Origin: an uncultured Gammaproteobacteria bacterium
GTDB lineage: Bacteria; Patescibacteriota; Patescibacteriia; UBA11705; JABHMO01
Reading direction: 5' to 3'
Assembly: GCA_964486065.1 (NCBI GenBank)
Contig: CAZAKN010000001.1
Coordinates: forward strand, 16,657-80,656
DNA: 64,000 bases
Made by a program: the position numbers and the translations under genes
Notes under the pieces: generated by a model
Databases searched by the model: none
What the model was told of the DNA's origin: nothing
Seen by the model: the letters and a program-made list of their open reading frames with translations, nothing else
Shown: piece after piece, positions 19,199 through 29,129 of the stretch
Position numbering within the stretch: position 1 is the stretch's first letter
How the letters are laid out: every line of letters begins with the position of its first letter

Positions 19199-21043
19199 TT
19201 ATAACACATTAACCGGATTTATGTCAATCTTAAATTCAGCCGGTAAACCACGCAAATATTGACGCAATTTATTCTCTGTTTCATGTTTGCAAAAAATCAG
19301 AACATTGTAACGGAAGCGACCGCGCACCATTTTTTTATAATAGGCGTAAGCCGGAGAAATCTTGCATTCCGGGAAATTATTTTTTAATTTTAAACCAAGA
19401 CTTTTGGCTGATGAAAAAGCTTTTTGCTCATCTTCAAAGTCAACCATTATCTTCAGCGCCTGCGTGAACGGGGGATAATTAAAACGACGACGATCAGCCA
19501 ATTCTTTTTTATAAAAATGGTTATAATCTTTGTTTAATGAGCTGAACAAATGATTGTCGGCAAATGATGTTTGGATGATGAATTTCACTGCCGGATTATT
19601 TACGGTTAAACAATTGATCAATTCGCGGAAGTAAGTGTACAGTTTATGGTTGGCGTTATAGTCACTCAAGTATAATAAACCATCCGCGTAAATCACGGCC
19701 GTGAAATCAATCTCTCGTGAATCCTCATCACGCAAATTTTGGCCGGTGGAAAATAACAAATTTTTTTTCTTACCGAATTTTTTTTCAAACAATTCCTTTA
19801 TCCCGCCCAAACCGATGCCGACTTTTTTCAAATTCACACCGCGACAAAGCGGACACTCGGCCGGCGAATCTTGCGAAGTTTTACAATTGGCGCAAAGCAA
19901 TCGGTTCTCTTCGTCCACCGCGAAAGGGATATTACATTTTTCACATTTGAAAACATGTCCGCAATCAGCGCAAAGCATCATTCCATAAGCGTTTTTTTTA
20001 TTGACGATGATCAAGACTTTTCGTTTATTCGCCAAGACTGTTTGCGTATGATCAAAAATTTCTTGGGCAATCGGACTTTTTTCGTTTTTTAAAACTTGAT
20101 CAAGTTTTAGGATTTTTAATTCGGGTTTAATGGCTTCTCCCCATGATGTCAGTTTGTAATTATTCCGTTGCGCGCGATGGACTTGTTCCACCGGTGGACA
20201 GGTGGAGCAAAGCAATAATTTCGCTTTATGAAGTTCCGCCAATTTTTCGGCGCAATCAACAGCCGAATAAACCGGCGTTTGATCACGATTTTTGTGATCT
20301 TCATCTTGGCTTTGATCAATTACAATATAATCTAAATCATTAAACGGCGCGAAGACAACACTACGCGTGCCGATCACCACGCGAATTTCATTGTTTTGAA
20401 TTTTCTTTTGTAAATAATGGTTTAAATTTTTTTTCTTTTTTATATCGCCGGTTAACACAGCGGTTTGTTGAAAAATTTCCGGTTTCAGAGTGAAATGAAA
20501 CTTTCGCACGACCTCTTTGTTCGGGAAAATCAAGCAAACGGTTTGCTTGGTTTTTATCGCTTGTTCGCACAATGCCGAGTAAATTTGAAATTTTAAAACA
20601 TGATTTATCGTATTGATTAAAAATCCTTTGGCATCATTATTCATGATTTCAATTGCTTTTTCCTTGGATTCAGGGGAAACCGCTAAATCATGTGAAGATG
20701 GTTTTTGCTTGGGAATATCATGATGTTTTTCCGGTGCGGGTTGCCAGAGTAAGCGCCAAGTTTTAGCCGGAGAATACAGGTAATAATCGGAAAACCATTT
20801 TAAAAAATTAAATTGATCATTGGATAATTCACTTGATACTTTATCAATTGTTTTCAACTTTCCAAATTCACTTTGTCGCGTCAACTCGTAAACCAGACCG
20901 AAAATTTTTTTATTTTTAAAAGGCACTTCCACGATGTCACCAACTTTGATCTTACCGACTAAATTATCACCGACTCGGTAATCAAAAAAATTTTGCCCGC
21001 GAGGCAATTTTAAATAAGGAATAATTTTGGCGTATCGCAACAT
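19199..21043 (-). CDS. priA: Primosomal protein N' (PriA), helicase motifs degenerate
   Basis: 3'-binding domain (FDY..GDIVEVPF), IGTRSVVFAPF, four CxxC, YPPF, C-terminal DINP. Confidence 0.8.
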   Translation of the reverse strand: MLRYAKIIPYLKLPRGQNFFDYRVGDNLVGKIKVGDIVEVPFKNKKIFGLVYELTRQSEFGKLKTIDKVSSELSNDQFNFLKWFSDYYLYSPAKTWRLLWQPAPEKHHDIPKQKPSSHDLAVSPESKEKAIEIMNNDAKGFLINTINHVLKFQIYSALCEQAIKTKQTVCLIFPNKEVVRKFHFTLKPEIFQQTAVLTGDIKKKKNLNHYLQKKIQNNEIRVVIGTRSVVFAPFNDLDYIVIDQSQDEDHKNRDQTPVYSAVDCAEKLAELHKAKLLLCSTCPPVEQVHRAQRNNYKLTSWGEAIKPELKILKLDQVLKNEKSPIAQEIFDHTQTVLANKRKVLIIVNKKNAYGMMLCADCGHVFKCEKCNIPFAVDEENRLLCANCKTSQDSPAECPLCRGVNLKKVGIGLGGIKELFEKKFGKKKNLLFSTGQNLRDEDSREIDFTAVIYADGLLYLSDYNANHKLYTYFRELINCLTVNNPAVKFIIQTSFADNHLFSSLNKDYNHFYKKELADRRRFNYPPFTQALKIMVDFEDEQKAFSSAKSLGLKLKNNFPECKISPAYAYYKKMVRGRFRYNVLIFCKHETENKLRQYLRGLPAEFKIDINPVNVL

Positions 21044-21045
21044 AA

Positions 21046-21834
21046 TCAGCCGAAAATAATTTGTGCGGTCAAATAACCGACACCGAATGGTGATTCATAA
21101 CTTAAAACTTCAATTTCATAATTCATGTCTTTGATCACGCCCAGAAGTATTAAAATTGAACGCCAGCCACATTGTCCGGCTTCTTGCAAAAATGTGGGAT
21201 CCATATCAACCATTGAATCCACTTTTTTGTTTTTTAAAAACTGAATGATTTTTTTATCAAATTCTCGGCCTTTCGGAGAAAAGCCGGCGGGGGATTGGGA
21301 AGTCAGCTTATGAGACAAATCACCGGAAGCGATTATGGCGTATTTTTTATCTTGATTTAAAACGATTTCTTTGATCATTTCACCGAAACGCAAATGTTTT
21401 TCCGGACTTAAAAAACTGTGCTTAATTGGCACGATCCGACGTTTAGTGTTGTAGCCGAGCAGTTTAAAAAGTGGCACCGCGCTACCATGATCCAATTTCG
21501 GCTCGGAAATCAATTGCAAAGGTAGCTCGGTTTCAAACTTTCCTTTTAAAGAATTGATAAAACCAAGATCGCCTTTGTATTCAAACTTAGTTTCAAAATC
21601 GCCGAAATCTTCAAAATTCACTTTGTAATACTCGTTTGTATTGATGGTGAAAGCATCCACATTGAGTTCGCCGTGCGGAGAAATGATAATCAAAGTTTCC
21701 GGTTCCGCTTTGACCAATTCATCTTTAAGCAAACGATAAGCTTCCTCGGTTTTTTTCAATTTTTCAAGATTGTCTTTGCCCACATTCGGGATAAGAATCG
21801 GCGGGTGGGGGACAATGGCGCTGAAAACTAACAT
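21046..21834 (-). CDS. MEMO1/LigB-fold protein (AmmeMemoRadiSam protein B-like)
   Basis: VPHPP, ISPH, LDHG, ASGDLSH, YESPFGVGY. Confidence 0.8.
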   Translation of the reverse strand: MLVFSAIVPHPPILIPNVGKDNLEKLKKTEEAYRLLKDELVKAEPETLIIISPHGELNVDAFTINTNEYYKVNFEDFGDFETKFEYKGDLGFINSLKGKFETELPLQLISEPKLDHGSAVPLFKLLGYNTKRRIVPIKHSFLSPEKHLRFGEMIKEIVLNQDKKYAIIASGDLSHKLTSQSPAGFSPKGREFDKKIIQFLKNKKVDSMVDMDPTFLQEAGQCGWRSILILLGVIKDMNYEIEVLSYESPFGVGYLTAQIIFG

Positions 21835-21835
21835 A

Positions 21836-23209
21836 TTAATTTGTTTTAAACTCAAGATCAAGATAACTTCCGGTCGGGATTAAAGCCAAAGATTTTTCAT
21901 CAACCGTGCGAATGTTTGCCCATTTGTAGCCCAATTCTTCAAACACGCGTCCTGAAATAATTGGCCTTTTTTTACCATTGGAAATAACGAAAACCGCAGG
22001 TGCCCCGGTGGCCATTACCAATTCACCGTCACGCAATTTAACCGGTTCATCTGTTTGAAATTTATCCAATTCTTCCGGCGATACCGCGGTAATATTATGA
22101 TGCGGATAATTGATATCCATAATGGCGCGAGAAACAATCGGGCGCTTGATTCCGTCTTGCACGAAATATACTCCGCCGGTTTGATTATTTTGCAACAAGG
22201 CTCCCGCCGGATAAGCGCTTTCCATGGTTATCGGCGGACCGATTTTATAATACTTCATGTCTTCCACCGCCAACTGTTCAAACTCTTCGGGATTATAACC
22301 GATGGTGCGGACAACTTCGGAATTGGCAAATTTGCGCAAAGTATCATCAACCAGTAAATAAGTGTTGCCGAAAGGTGTGGTTAAAATAGAGTAATTGGCG
22401 TATTTGATCGGCGCACCGATTTCATATTTTTGCAATTCGTTGGCTCCGACTTCAATAACATTATTTAAATTATAACGGGAAATCAAAGCGCTTTTGCTGT
22501 GAAATGGTCGTCTTTTACCATGTTCAATTAACCAAACTCCGTTTTCATTTTCCGCGCGAAGCAATGAGCCATCAGGATAAGATTGCGAGAACCATTTGTT
22601 CCAAATCAACCAGAAATTATAATTTCCGCTTATATGTGGCGTAAAATTGTAAAGGTTGGCGGTGGCTTGGTTTTCAATGTAAACCTTTTCACCGTCAATA
22701 TTGTAAGTTTGATATACGGTTTTCAGCCAACCGTTATTGGTATTATCAATATACCATCTTTGAGCGGCGGCCGCTTCATCCACTTGCTTGCCAAAACCTT
22801 TAAATTTTTGAATTCGCGGATCATTCATGGAACAACTGTCGCAAACTCCATAGCCCATAGCCCAATCCAATTGCTTTTGAGTGGGAAAAGGATCTTCCAA
22901 AAGGCTTTGTTCTTTTTGTAACATTACCAATAAAAATTTCGGACTGACGCGATATTCTTGCGCCGCGGACCAGATAATTTCCGCCGCAGTTTGCATCTTG
23001 CCGTCCGCGGCTTCGGTTTTCAAGCGCTTCAGAGCTCCGTTTTTTTTATCAAGAAATTCTTGAACTTCCGCCAAGGTCATGGAATTGTGTCCGGTTAAAT
23101 CGGAATCCGAAATAATGTTACCGGGATTGAATTCCGCGCCACGCGCGATATTAAAATAACTAAAAGTCAAAAACATGCTTAAAAATAAAATAATGATTTT
23201 TTTATTCAT
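21836..23209 (-). CDS. Secreted protein: lysozyme-like/'hemagglutinin-related' N-domain plus four C-terminal beta-repeats
   Basis: Signal peptide, FNPGNIISD, LQKEQSL, MGYGVCDSC, LYNFTPH; repeats of type G.L.....VY....GK.RP. Confidence 0.65.
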   Translation of the reverse strand: MNKKIIILFLSMFLTFSYFNIARGAEFNPGNIISDSDLTGHNSMTLAEVQEFLDKKNGALKRLKTEAADGKMQTAAEIIWSAAQEYRVSPKFLLVMLQKEQSLLEDPFPTQKQLDWAMGYGVCDSCSMNDPRIQKFKGFGKQVDEAAAAQRWYIDNTNNGWLKTVYQTYNIDGEKVYIENQATANLYNFTPHISGNYNFWLIWNKWFSQSYPDGSLLRAENENGVWLIEHGKRRPFHSKSALISRYNLNNVIEVGANELQKYEIGAPIKYANYSILTTPFGNTYLLVDDTLRKFANSEVVRTIGYNPEEFEQLAVEDMKYYKIGPPITMESAYPAGALLQNNQTGGVYFVQDGIKRPIVSRAIMDINYPHHNITAVSPEELDKFQTDEPVKLRDGELVMATGAPAVFVISNGKKRPIISGRVFEELGYKWANIRTVDEKSLALIPTGSYLDLEFKTN

Positions 23210-23303
23210 AAAAATTGTTATTTATTACTTGTAAAGTATAGCAGAAGCCAATGTTTTTTCCAAATATAAAATCAAGCCTGCCAAGACTTGATTTTATGGA
23301 TAT

Positions 23304-25928
23304 TTAAGAGAAGACCACTTGATTATTTTTGTAATCAATCATTACTTTTTTCTTGATTTTATTTTCAATTATTTTCAAAGCCAGTTCGTCCAAAATCATG
23401 TTTTGAATCAATCGTTTCAACGGTCGCGCGCCGAATTGCGGATCATAACCTTGTTTGGCTAAGGCTTTTTTCAGAGCGGGGGAGAAATCTATTTCAATTT
23501 CCTTGTTTTTTGCCACGCGATCAGCCACGCGCGCCAATTGCAATTCCACGATTTCGCCGATTTCTTTTTGGTTCAAAGCGTCAAAAATTATGATTTCATC
23601 AATTCTGTTTAAAAATTCCGGTCGAAAATGCTCTTTCAACATGGTCATAATTTTGGAATCCGTGTTTTCTTTAACTGCCTCCACGGAGTCATCACCAAAC
23701 CCCAATTCGCCTTTGGTCATAGCTTGCAAAATTACATCCGAACCCATATTGGAAGTCATAATGATAATCGTATTTTTAAAATTAACCACGCGCCCTTTTG
23801 AATCGGTCAGACGACCATCATCCAGCAATTGCAAAAGTACATTGAAAACTTCGGGATGAGCTTTTTCTATTTCATCAAACAAAATCACGGAATATGGTTT
23901 GCGTCTGACTTGTTCGGTCAATTGTCCGCCTTCCTCATGTCCCACATAACCGGGAGGGGAGCCGAGCAGACGGGAAACATTATGTTTCTCCATATATTCA
24001 CTCATGTCCACGCGAATAACCGAATCTTCATTATTAAACATAAATTCCGCCAAAGCTTTGGCCAATTCGGTTTTTCCCACACCTGTGGGACCGAGAAACA
24101 TGAAAGACCCGATCGGACGATTTTCCTCCGCCAAACCCGCGCGTGAACGACGCAAGGCATTGGCCACCGCGTGGATGGATTTTTCTTGTCCGACCACTCT
24201 CCGACTTAAGACTTTTTCGGCTTCCGCCAATTTTTCAATTTCACTTTGCATCATTTTCGCCACCGGGATTCCCGTCCATTTGGAAATTACGGTAGCAATA
24301 TCTTCTTCTATGACTTCTTCTTTTAAAATTTGTCTTCCACCCGGTCCACTTTGCAATTGGCGCAATCTGGTTTGCAACTTTTTAATCATGTTTTCCAGTT
24401 TCGGAATTTCACCGTAGCGGATTTCCGCGACGCGATCATATTCGGCTTTTCTTTCCAAAATGTCCGCTTCTTGACGCAATTTATCAATTTGTTTTTTGGA
24501 ATCCTGAATTTCCGAGATTAACTCTTTTTCTTTTTGCCAATGCAATTCCAATTGATGCGATTTTTCTTTGATTTCCGCCAGTTCTTTTTCAATGATTCTT
24601 AATTTATCCTTTGAAGTGTCGGTTTTTTCACGCGAAAGCGCTTGTTTTTCAATTTCAAGTTTCATGATTTTTCTTTTCATCTGATCCAATTCGGTCGGCA
24701 TACTGTTTAATTCAATGCGTAAAGCACTAGTCGCTTCATCAATCAAGTCAATGGCTTTATCCGGTAAAAAACGATCGGAGATATAGCGTTGCGAAAGTTT
24801 CGCCGCCGCGACAATCGCGTCATCCGTTATGCGAACACCATGATGAACTTCATATTTTTCTTTAATCCCGCGCAAAATAGCGATGGTATCATCAAGATCC
24901 GGTTCATCAATCATCACAGGCTGGAAACGCCTCTCTAGGGCGGCGTCTTTTTCAATATACTTCTGATATTCCTTCAAGGTCGTGGCGCCGATACAGCGCA
25001 ATTCTCCGCGCGCCAGCGCGGGCTTCAACATATTGGAAGCATCAAGTGAGCCTTCAATGGAGCCGGCTCCGACGATGGTATGCAATTCATCAATAAAAAT
25101 AATGTATTTGTCGCCGGCTTTTTTTATTTCGGAAATAACCGCTTTTAATCTTTCTTCAAATTCACCGCGAAATTTGGAACCGGCCAGCATGGCGCCCAAA
25201 TCCAAACTCAGAACTTCTTTATTTTTTAAATTTTCCGGCACATCTCCGGATACGATTCTTTGCGCCAAACCTTCGGCAATAGCGGTTTTCCCCACGCCGG
25301 GTTCACCGATTACGACCGGATTGTTTTTCGTGCGACGAGATAAAACTTGTAAAACGCGACGGATTTCTTCCTCGCGTCCGATAACCGGATCAATTTTTTC
25401 CTGACGTGCCAATTCGGTTAGGTTGATAGTGTATTTTTCCAATGATTTAAATTTGTTTTCCGGATTTTGAGAATCAATTTTATTATTACCGCGCACATCG
25501 GCCAAAATCTTTAAAACCGAATCATAATCAATTCGGAAATATTCCAAAATCTGTTTGGATAGGGAATCAACTTTCAACATCGCTAAAAACAAATGTTCGG
25601 TGCTGATAAATTCATCTCCCATTTCTTTAGCCAATTTTTCCGAAGTAACCATGACGAAATTCATGGGCGCCGTAACCAAAACTTGACCGTCATTGCGAGT
25701 GGCCGAACCTTTCGGCATTTTGGCGAAATTTTTTTCTATCTCCGCGATCACTTCGGGAATATTGACTTCCAATTTTTTCAAAATCGTAAGCACGATGCTT
25801 TCTTCCTGCTGGAGCAGAGTATAGAATAAATGCAAAGTATCCAATTGCGCGTGTTTATATTCAAAAATTAAAGCCTGCGCTTCTTGTAAAGCTTGTTGTG
25901 AGTTGGTGGTAAATTTGTTTATATCCAT
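23304..25928 (-). CDS. clpB: Chaperone ClpB
   Basis: Two AAA+ modules ([16 protein letters not shown]), middle coiled coil, GYVG loop, GARPL. Confidence 0.95.
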   Translation of the reverse strand: MDINKFTTNSQQALQEAQALIFEYKHAQLDTLHLFYTLLQQEESIVLTILKKLEVNIPEVIAEIEKNFAKMPKGSATRNDGQVLVTAPMNFVMVTSEKLAKEMGDEFISTEHLFLAMLKVDSLSKQILEYFRIDYDSVLKILADVRGNNKIDSQNPENKFKSLEKYTINLTELARQEKIDPVIGREEEIRRVLQVLSRRTKNNPVVIGEPGVGKTAIAEGLAQRIVSGDVPENLKNKEVLSLDLGAMLAGSKFRGEFEERLKAVISEIKKAGDKYIIFIDELHTIVGAGSIEGSLDASNMLKPALARGELRCIGATTLKEYQKYIEKDAALERRFQPVMIDEPDLDDTIAILRGIKEKYEVHHGVRITDDAIVAAAKLSQRYISDRFLPDKAIDLIDEATSALRIELNSMPTELDQMKRKIMKLEIEKQALSREKTDTSKDKLRIIEKELAEIKEKSHQLELHWQKEKELISEIQDSKKQIDKLRQEADILERKAEYDRVAEIRYGEIPKLENMIKKLQTRLRQLQSGPGGRQILKEEVIEEDIATVISKWTGIPVAKMMQSEIEKLAEAEKVLSRRVVGQEKSIHAVANALRRSRAGLAEENRPIGSFMFLGPTGVGKTELAKALAEFMFNNEDSVIRVDMSEYMEKHNVSRLLGSPPGYVGHEEGGQLTEQVRRKPYSVILFDEIEKAHPEVFNVLLQLLDDGRLTDSKGRVVNFKNTIIIMTSNMGSDVILQAMTKGELGFGDDSVEAVKENTDSKIMTMLKEHFRPEFLNRIDEIIIFDALNQKEIGEIVELQLARVADRVAKNKEIEIDFSPALKKALAKQGYDPQFGARPLKRLIQNMILDELALKIIENKIKKKVMIDYKNNQVVFS

Positions 25929-25948
25929 TTTTTTACGATTATTTATAT

Positions 25949-25975
25949 TTAGCAGTCTATGTGTTAGAGTGCTAA
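25949..25975 (-). promoter_or_regulatory. CIRCE element (HrcA operator) of clpB
   Basis: TTAGCAGTC-N9-GAGTGCTAA, one mismatch to consensus, between the clpB start and a TTGACA-16-TATAAT promoter (26007-25980). Confidence 0.9.
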
Positions 25976-26045
25976 TTTAATTATATAACATCCCAAAACC
26001 TTGTCAACTGTCAAAAAACTTTAATTTTGCTATAATATTGTCAAT

Positions 26046-27242
26046 ATGGAAAAAAATAAAAGACCGAGAGAATTTTGGCATAAAGCGATTATCCTCGGCA
26101 CACAAATTGATGACCGTCCCATGGATTGGGTTTTACGAAAAACCGAAACATTTTTGCAATCCGCAAAATCGCATAAAATTTTTACGCCCAATCCGGAGAT
26201 TTGCTTAAAAGCGGAAAAAGATGAAAATTATCGGCACATTTTAAATCAAGCCGACATTAATATTCCCGATGGTTTCGGATTACAATTCGGCGCGAAAATT
26301 TTGGGAGAAAAATTAAAAAACAGGGTAACCGGCGCGGATCTGACGGCCGAGCTTTTAAAAAAATATAAAAACAGAAAATTTTTCGTTGTTTTACGCGAAG
26401 ACTCTTTGACCAAGCCGGCTGAATTGAAGACCATGTTTAAAACCAAATTTCCCAAAGTGAACTTTGAATTTGCTTTGCTTGATCATAAAAAATATCGTCA
26501 AGATACGATCGTTTTGAATAAAATAAATAAATTCAAACCTGATATATTATTCGTTTGTCTGGGTGCGCCGGCACAAGAAATATGGATTCATGAAAATTTA
26601 CCGGCTTTGCCGGATGTAGGAATCGCCTTGGGCGTGGGAGGAAGTTTTGATTTTTTAAGCGGGAAAATGTCTCGCGCTCCGAAAGTCCTGTGTGATCTTG
26701 GTTTGGAATGGTCATATCGTTTGATACAGGAACCAAAACGCTTGGCCAGAATAAAAAACGCGGTAGCTGATTTCCTGCTCAAATGTCATGAATGGAAAAA
26801 ACGCATGAGCAAGGATATGCGTCCGAATGTTCTCGGTATAATTGTTAACAGCGGGGGAGAAGTGCTTTTGCAGAAAAATGCTCGCTTGACTGAACATTGG
26901 CAATTCCCACAAGGCGGTATTGAACTGAATGAAAAACCGGAACAAGCAGTAATCCGCGAATGCGCCGAGGAATTGGGCGTTCCCGAAAGAACTTTGAAAG
27001 TGATGAAAAAACTTCCTTTGGTAAATAAATATGAATGGCCACCATACGCCAAACTTTTAAAAGGTTATAAAGGACAAGAACAACAAATTTTTGTTTTAAA
27101 ATTCACCGGCAATGATAAAGACTTTCATATAAAAAACAGTATTGAAGTGGATGATGTCAAATGGGTTGATAAAAAAAATGTGCCGGAGATTATTCATCCG
27201 GTGCGAAAATACTTCGCGACCAAGGCCATGAAATACCTTTAA
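26046..27242 (+). CDS. WecB/TagA/CpsF glycosyltransferase fused to RppH-like Nudix hydrolase
   Basis: TPNPE, PDGFG, RVTGADL, GVGGSFD, GLEW.YRL.QEP; then WQFPQGG-x5-E..A..RE..EELG and YKGQEQ. Confidence 0.85.
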   Translation: MEKNKRPREFWHKAIILGTQIDDRPMDWVLRKTETFLQSAKSHKIFTPNPEICLKAEKDENYRHILNQADINIPDGFGLQFGAKILGEKLKNRVTGADLTAELLKKYKNRKFFVVLREDSLTKPAELKTMFKTKFPKVNFEFALLDHKKYRQDTIVLNKINKFKPDILFVCLGAPAQEIWIHENLPALPDVGIALGVGGSFDFLSGKMSRAPKVLCDLGLEWSYRLIQEPKRLARIKNAVADFLLKCHEWKKRMSKDMRPNVLGIIVNSGGEVLLQKNARLTEHWQFPQGGIELNEKPEQAVIRECAEELGVPERTLKVMKKLPLVNKYEWPPYAKLLKGYKGQEQQIFVLKFTGNDKDFHIKNSIEVDDVKWVDKKNVPEIIHPVRKYFATKAMKYL

Positions 27243-27285
27243 AATGAAAATGGAATAGCTGATTTAATCTTCCAATCAATAATTT

Positions 27286-27312
27286 AAAAAACGACCGCTG
27301 ATGGTCGTTTTT
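27286..27312. terminator. Bidirectional intrinsic terminator
   Basis: AAAAAACGACC-GCTGAT-GGTCGTTTTT between convergent genes. Confidence 0.7.
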
Positions 27313-27320
27313 CATTTTGA

Positions 27321-27977
27321 TTAATATGGTTCTGATTCACCGAGAACTTCCACGCGGATTTTGCCGATTTTATCGGTTAAACATTTGATGTGGATGATCC
27401 CGGGTATTATTTGCGAGAGCGTGTCATTTTTTAAAAGACAAATTAGATCCATGGGATTGTCAGTGAACGGTTCGCTTTCGCGAATGAACATTAATGTTTG
27501 ATGATTTTCACTATGGCGATGCATGCGTTGCAGAGTTTTAACATCAATATTATGATGGCGACTTAAATGCAAGGTGAAAGGCGCCAAAGTATGCGCGTAT
27601 TCGGGAACGGGAAACGGAAATAAAATGTGTTCCCTGAAAACACCGCGTTGCATACTGTCCAAATCTTCAATGGTGCATAGTAGTCCGCGAGTATAGTATT
27701 GCCAATCTTCATAATTTTCAAGCATCAATCCGCCATTTTCTTTTGTGGCGAAAAGTTCCGCTCTTACTTTGTGAAGATGGCTTTCATTCAGAAGATCAAT
27801 CTCATTAAAGCCCAAGCTGACTGCGAAACTGATTTTCGCTTTGGGAACAATCAGTGAAAAACCTTTCAGTTTACTATTTTGCTCGTGTTTTTCCGGGAAA
27901 AGGTTAAAAAATGATTCCCAAAAACAATCATCAATATTGACTTTACGATAAAGCATCCGTAAATATCTGCCGTCCAT
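27321..27977 (-). CDS. Orphan hypothetical protein (SD-led cassette)
   Basis: GGAGGT-5nt-ATG at 27977; TTGACA-17-TATATT promoter (28041-28013); no motif recognised. Confidence 0.65.
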   Translation of the reverse strand: MDGRYLRMLYRKVNIDDCFWESFFNLFPEKHEQNSKLKGFSLIVPKAKISFAVSLGFNEIDLLNESHLHKVRAELFATKENGGLMLENYEDWQYYTRGLLCTIEDLDSMQRGVFREHILFPFPVPEYAHTLAPFTLHLSRHHNIDVKTLQRMHRHSENHQTLMFIRESEPFTDNPMDLICLLKNDTLSQIIPGIIHIKCLTDKIGKIRVEVLGESEPY

Positions 27978-28043
27978 CGTCAACCTCCATGTTTGTAAAT
28001 GTTCCAATTAATAATATATGTTTTTACTCGGTTTTTGTCAATT

Positions 28044-28074
28044 AAAAAGTCCCCTTCGCGAGGCGAAGGGGACT
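28044..28074 (-). terminator. Intrinsic terminator
   Basis: AGTCCCCTTCGC/GCGAAGGGGACT stem followed by a T-run on the minus strand. Confidence 0.85.
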
Positions 28075-28079
28075 GCTGA

Positions 28080-28940
28080 TCACTTCTTGTTGCCGAGACC
28101 GAAGGCGGCCTCAAGACCCTGACGGATCTTGTCGTGCTTCAATGCACTTTTGGAGACCGGCTTTTGTTCAGCCAGTTTCCACTGCAGGAACATCATGTAT
28201 CCCGCGATTTGATGAATCCGGAACTTCCTTCCCGAATTCATTTTGTTGAAATGATGCACATACTGCACATCGGAATTCAACACCAAGGCGACCTCCTGAT
28301 CGCCATGCCGGTAGCGACTGACCGCTACGGCCGGGAGACGCGGAATTTCCTTTTTCCGCCCCTTTTTTACGAATTCCTTGATCAGGAATTCGTGAAAAGT
28401 CTCGCCAAACACCTTGGCGGTGGGAATTTCCACTTCCAAAGTGTACTTTTCCCATTCTTCCTGAAACTTTTTGGCGTTTCGCTGAAACGCCTTCAAGGCT
28501 TTTGGCGAAAGCTCGCCAACCAACGCTTGAATCTCCTCATGAAGATTCTCCAAGAACTCCACCGGCTTCATCTTGCCGATGGGCGCTTCCAGTGCCGCCT
28601 GGACTTGTTTGTAACGTTCGTGCTGGTAATCCAGCACATCGCCCAGGCGTCGAGCTTCGTGGTTGCTGAACTTGATCTGGGGATCTTCGTTCAGCTTGAC
28701 CAGCAGGGCCCGAACATTGTCGTTCCTGACCAGGATTCCGACCGTCTTGATCATGCCGTCTTTGGTGAATCCATCATGGACATACACCACCGAGGCATCC
28801 TTCACCGAGTCAATCTTTTCCCCGGTGATTTTGTCGGCCAGGAAATCATCCCGGCCCATCAGATCGGTCAGAGCTTTCCCTTCCGGGTAGCCCCAGTTAT
28901 TGTGGATCTGGTCCACAAATTCAATTCTTTTTCCGGCCAT
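28080..28940 (-). CDS. Orphan hypothetical protein, GC-richer codon usage (SD-led cassette)
   Basis: GAAAGGAGG-CCATC-ATG at 28940; TTGACT-17-TATTAT promoter (29025-28997); own terminator. Confidence 0.75.
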   Translation of the reverse strand: MAGKRIEFVDQIHNNWGYPEGKALTDLMGRDDFLADKITGEKIDSVKDASVVYVHDGFTKDGMIKTVGILVRNDNVRALLVKLNEDPQIKFSNHEARRLGDVLDYQHERYKQVQAALEAPIGKMKPVEFLENLHEEIQALVGELSPKALKAFQRNAKKFQEEWEKYTLEVEIPTAKVFGETFHEFLIKEFVKKGRKKEIPRLPAVAVSRYRHGDQEVALVLNSDVQYVHHFNKMNSGRKFRIHQIAGYMMFLQWKLAEQKPVSKSALKHDKIRQGLEAAFGLGNKK

Positions 28941-29129
28941 GATGGCCTCCTTTCTTTCTTTTGGTTTGTGGGTTGAAAAAAAACAATGATTAATGGATAA
29001 TATCATATTTTTCAAAATAAGTCAAATGTAAAATACGATATTTTCCTAAATTTAGATAAATAATACCTTTAATTGTCTTAATTTAGAGGATTAGGTATAA
29101 TGTATATTACTTAAAACTAAATTTTTTTT

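Noticed and set aside
28134-28976. 280-aa + strand ORF
   Set aside because: Antisense shadow of the 28080-28940 gene, which has the SD, promoter and terminator; explained by biased codon usage
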